NCBI GenBank assembly: GCA_041496385.1
Contig: JBGQEL010000049.1
Span: forward strand, 1-28,952
Reading direction: 5' to 3'
DNA: 28,952 nt
DNA from: Candidatus Methylomirabilia bacterium
GTDB taxonomy: Bacteria; Methylomirabilota; Methylomirabilia; Rokubacteriales; CSP1-6
The position numbers and the translations under genes are program-made. The notes under the pieces were generated by a model. That model was not told the DNA's origin. It did no database searches and saw only the letters and a list, made by a program, of their open reading frames with translations. Below, in pieces: positions 26,235 to 28,952 of the stretch. Position 1 is the stretch's first letter. The number at the start of each line of letters is the position of its first letter.

Positions 26235-27358
26235 CGGACCGCCTGGAACATCGCGGGAAGCGCCGCGGGATCGAACGGCGCCGGCTCAAGCATCCGCCGC
26301 GCGAACAGGATCAGCGCGGCGCGCGTCGCGTCGGCGAGCGTGGGATACCAGCGCGGGTGCGCGATCACGAGCGCGCGGAACGCGAGGAACGGCGGCAGCA
26401 CCTCGAGGATCTCGAGGTCGTGCGAGGCGTCGAGGTAGGTCTCGAGGAAGGCGCGGAAGAGCCCGAGGAAGGGTTCGGCCACCACGCCCCCTTCGCGCGC
26501 CTCGGCGCTCCTCCGGAGCCCGAAGAAGAGATAGTTCACGCCCAGCGCGGCGACGTCATCCGCGGGCTCGCCCCACTCGCCCCGGCTCCGGTCGAGGCTC
26601 GAGAAGTCGGTGCCCTCGCGGAAGAGGAGGTTCCAGGGGTGGAAGTCGCCGTGAACCCGCGCGAGGCGGTGGCCGAGGCCGCGGAGCCGCCAGCGCCATG
26701 AGACCGCGGCCCGCTCGAGCGCCGCGCAGGCCGACGGCGGCAGCAGGGGGAACGGGTGAGGGTAGCTGTCGAGTATGCCCATGATGCACTCGCCGTGCGC
26801 GACGAGCTCGCGGATGCGCCGCTCGTAGAGCGTCGGCTCGCTGCGCTTCACCGCGTGCGCCTCGGCCAGGAAGCGCGCGAGGGCGCGCGCGCGCGCCCGG
26901 TCGAGCGGAGTGGGCGGGGCGTCGAGCATCCGGTCGAGGTCGATCCAGTAGAGCTGGCCCGCCGCCTTCTCGACCAGCTGGAAGTACTCGCACGCGTCGC
27001 CGGCCGAGACGAGCTCGCCGGTCGAACGGACGAAGCCGACGTCGAGGCTCCGCACGTGGCCCGGGAACGTGTTGTACGCGGCGTGGGCGTAGAGGGCCTG
27101 CCAGGCACGGTCGGCGGGGTAGTCGTGGCCGAATCCCTGCGCCGGGCGGGTACGGGAGACGACCAGCGCCCGTTCCCGGCCGCCGACGAGGCACTCGGCC
27201 TCGAAGGGCACGCCGTAGCCGAAGCCCTTCGGGTCGGCGCCGGCCTCGTCGGTCCCCTTGAGCGGCTGCAGGGCCAGGATCTCGACGGGCACGCCGAAGA
27301 CGCCCGCGAGATAGCTCGCGAGCGTCTCGCGGCCGATGACGGGAGCCGCGCTCTCCAT
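26231..27358 (-). CDS. Aminoglycoside-phosphotransferase/choline-kinase-like protein
   Basis: Brenner motif RVHGDFHPWNLLF followed by LDRSRGEWGEPADDV. Confidence 0.8.
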   Translation of the reverse strand: MESAAPVIGRETLASYLAGVFGVPVEILALQPLKGTDEAGADPKGFGYGVPFEAECLVGGRERALVVSRTRPAQGFGHDYPADRAWQALYAHAAYNTFPGHVRSLDVGFVRSTGELVSAGDACEYFQLVEKAAGQLYWIDLDRMLDAPPTPLDRARARALARFLAEAHAVKRSEPTLYERRIRELVAHGECIMGILDSYPHPFPLLPPSACAALERAAVSWRWRLRGLGHRLARVHGDFHPWNLLFREGTDFSSLDRSRGEWGEPADDVAALGVNYLFFGLRRSAEAREGGVVAEPFLGLFRAFLETYLDASHDLEILEVLPPFLAFRALVIAHPRWYPTLADATRAALILFARRMLEPAPFDPAALPAMFQAVR

Positions 27359-27359
27359 C

Positions 27360-27800
27360 CTACTTGCCGCGGACCGTCAGCACGGGGCAGGGCGCGGCGG
27401 CGACGACGCGGGCGGCGACCGAGCCGACGAAGAGCTTGGCGAGGCCGGAGCGCCCGTGGGTGCCCAGGACCAGCAGCGCGGCCCGCTTGGATTTCGCCGC
27501 GCGGATGATCTGCTCGTGCGGCACGCCCTCCATCAGCATGCCCCGGGCGCGGACTCCCGCGGCCCTGGCCTTGACGAGCAGGCGGTCGATCCGCTTCTGC
27601 GCCCACGCGCGCGAGGACGCGGCGATCTCGTCGTAGACCTTCGGGGAGATGTAGCCGTCGCCCGGCACCGGCATGACGATGCTGAGCGCGTGCACGACGA
27701 GCAGCTCGGCCCGGGCCTGCTTCGCCATCAGGACCGCCTTGGCGAAGGCGGCCCGCGAGGCCGGCGAAAAATCGGACGGGTGCATGATGCAACGGCTCAT
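27360..27800 (-). CDS. Universal stress protein
   Basis: HPSDFSPAS and LVLGTHGRSGLAKLFVGSVAARVV...PCPVLTVR. The ATG at 27800 overlaps the upstream stop. Confidence 0.9.
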   Translation of the reverse strand: MSRCIMHPSDFSPASRAAFAKAVLMAKQARAELLVVHALSIVMPVPGDGYISPKVYDEIAASSRAWAQKRIDRLLVKARAAGVRARGMLMEGVPHEQIIRAAKSKRAALLVLGTHGRSGLAKLFVGSVAARVVAAAPCPVLTVRGK

Positions 27801-28273
27801 CGGATGGCCTCCCATGCCGCACGCGCGGCGACTTGAGCCTGGGTCTGGCGCATCAGGAAGACGGGGACCTCGGCCTGCCGGAGCACGGCCTCGGCGACCG
27901 AGCCGAAGAGGAGCCGGCCGAGGCCGCTGCGCCCGTGCGTCGTCATCGCGATGAGGTCCGCGCCGCTCTCGCGCGCGCCGGCCAGGATCTCCTCCGTGCT
28001 CTCGCCGCGCCGGACCATCGTCCGCACACGCACGCCCCTGGCGCGGAGCTCCGCCGCGATCGGCAGCAGGTACTCCTCGGCCTCGAGACGACGCAGCTCC
28101 GGGTCGTCCGTCTCGACGTGGCGCGAGCCTTCGACCATCAACGGCGGGATCGGGACGACGACGCGGAGGAGCACGACCTCGATGTCGAGCGGGCCGGCGA
28201 TCTCGAGGACGAACGGGATGATCCCCTCGGCCACCATCGAGCCGTCGAGCGGGACGACCGCGCGCTTATACAC
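27797..28273 (-). CDS. Universal stress protein
   Basis: VVPLDGS and ADLIAMTTHGRSGLGRLLFGSVAEAVLR...PVFLMR. GTG start. Confidence 0.92.
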   Translation of the reverse strand: MYKRAVVPLDGSMVAEGIIPFVLEIAGPLDIEVVLLRVVVPIPPLMVEGSRHVETDDPELRRLEAEEYLLPIAAELRARGVRVRTMVRRGESTEEILAGARESGADLIAMTTHGRSGLGRLLFGSVAEAVLRQAEVPVFLMRQTQAQVAARAAWEAIR

Positions 28274-28742
28274 GGGCCGCCTCCTTCGCCGGCCGGGCGC
28301 CCTTCCGGGACTCCACGGGCGCGCCGTCGGCGCGGACGATCAGGATGGGGACCCGCGTGCCGCGGAGAACCGACTCCGCCACGCTGCCGAGGATCAGACG
28401 TCCGAGACCGCTCCGGCCGTGCGTGGACATCACGATCATGTCGGCCTTTTGCGCGTCGGCCGCCTCGACGATCGCCGCGGCGGGCGAGCCGTACCAGACG
28501 TGGGTCTCGGCGTTCTTGACGCCCCGGTCCTGGAGCCGGCGGACCACGGCCGCCAGATAGTCCTCGGCCTCGCGGACCGCGTTCACCTGCGCGTCCACGG
28601 GATCGGCGCCCGGCAGGCTGTGGGCTTCCGCCGCGCGCAGCAGGCTGAGCGTGCCGCCGTTGACCAGCTCGGCGGCCTTCCACAACGCGGCTTCCGCGAG
28701 CGTCGAGCCATCGAGTGGGACCAGGATCTTGTTGGCCTTCAT
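28266..28742 (-). CDS. Universal stress protein
   Basis: ILVPLDGS and ADMIVMSTHGRSGLGRLILGSVAESVLR...PILIVR. GGAGGAGG RBS. Confidence 0.92.
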   Translation of the reverse strand: MKANKILVPLDGSTLAEAALWKAAELVNGGTLSLLRAAEAHSLPGADPVDAQVNAVREAEDYLAAVVRRLQDRGVKNAETHVWYGSPAAAIVEAADAQKADMIVMSTHGRSGLGRLILGSVAESVLRGTRVPILIVRADGAPVESRKGARPAKEAARV

Positions 28743-28790
28743 GAGCCCCTCCTCCTTCCAACGTTCCCTGTGCGTCTGGTCGAGGATTTG

Positions 28791-28806
28791 AGCAACGGGA
28801 GTGCCA
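28791..28806 (-). promoter_or_regulatory. Sigma-54 (-24/-12) promoter for the USP operon
   Basis: Minus strand TGGCAC-TCCCG-TTGCT, a perfect consensus. IHF-like AAACAGCACGTTA lies nearby at about 28825-28837. Confidence 0.85.
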
Positions 28807-28861
28807 GGGCTGGAGGACGAACGAAAACAGCACGTTAACGAATGCTCCGCCGCGGCCCGGC

Positions 28862-28898
28862 TGGGGCCGGCCGGTCTCGGTGGGACACGGACGCCCCG
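28862..28898. promoter_or_regulatory. Putative tandem enhancer (UAS) sites
   Basis: TGGGGC-N6-GTCTCG (28862-28879) and TGGGAC-N6-GCCCCG (28881-28898), with starts 19 bp apart. Confidence 0.55.
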
Positions 28899-28904
28899 AA
28901 GGGC

Positions 28905-28952
28905 CTAGCTGCGGATCTGGTACTTGTTGATGAGGCGGTGGAACGTCTTGCG
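28905..28952 (-). CDS. C-terminal end of a Fis-type HTH protein, probably a sigma-54-dependent (NtrC-family) activator; partial
   Basis: Translates to ...RKTFHRLINKYQIRS*, which resembles the recognition helix at the end of HTH_8 domains. Only 15 residues are visible. Confidence 0.6.
   Translation of the reverse strand, partial: RKTFHRLINKYQIRS

Noticed and set aside
26231..27358. Aminoglycoside resistance gene
   Set aside because: Only the generic HGDxxxxN kinase motif is present. The context is a USP/CBS stress operon with no mobile-element signs.
1..28952. CRISPR array, tRNA/rRNA, transposase, integrase or prophage genes
   Set aside because: No regularly spaced repeats or recognisable RNA genes were seen, and nearly all of the sequence is explained by metabolic and regulatory CDSs.

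Overview
High-GC bacterial window in which every credible gene lies on the minus strand. The long plus-strand ORFs are antisense shadows. There are two blocks. (1) 1-18019 is one apparent operon, largely translationally coupled, for anaerobic aromatic acid catabolism. It holds a TetR regulator with a PaaR-like operator, class I benzoyl-CoA reductase-like subunits (BcrC, BcrB and two short ATP-binding activators) split by an inserted PadBCD-like molybdoenzyme complex, a GNAT acetyltransferase, a Liv-type ABC importer, a phenylacetate-CoA ligase, a 54-aa zinc-ribbon microprotein, a Dch-like enoyl-CoA hydratase, a BadH-like SDR and an amidohydrolase cut off at the left edge. (2) 18155-28952 is a stress or low-oxygen-type block. 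It holds three USPs, an APH-like phosphotransferase, a tandem APS-kinase-like protein, a CBS protein, a stand-alone receiver, a 32-aa peptide, a 78-aa Cys-rich protein, citrate synthase, a radical SAM/SPASM enzyme, a Cys-rich PAS-LuxR regulator and a P-type ATPase. Three near-consensus sigma-54 promoters lie in this block. Each has an IHF-like site and an upstream TGGGRC-N6-GYCCCA-like motif. The tail of a Fis-HTH (NtrC-like) activator gene sits at the right edge. No rRNA, tRNA, CRISPR array or mobile element was seen. All family assignments come from recognising motifs by eye, not from database searches.
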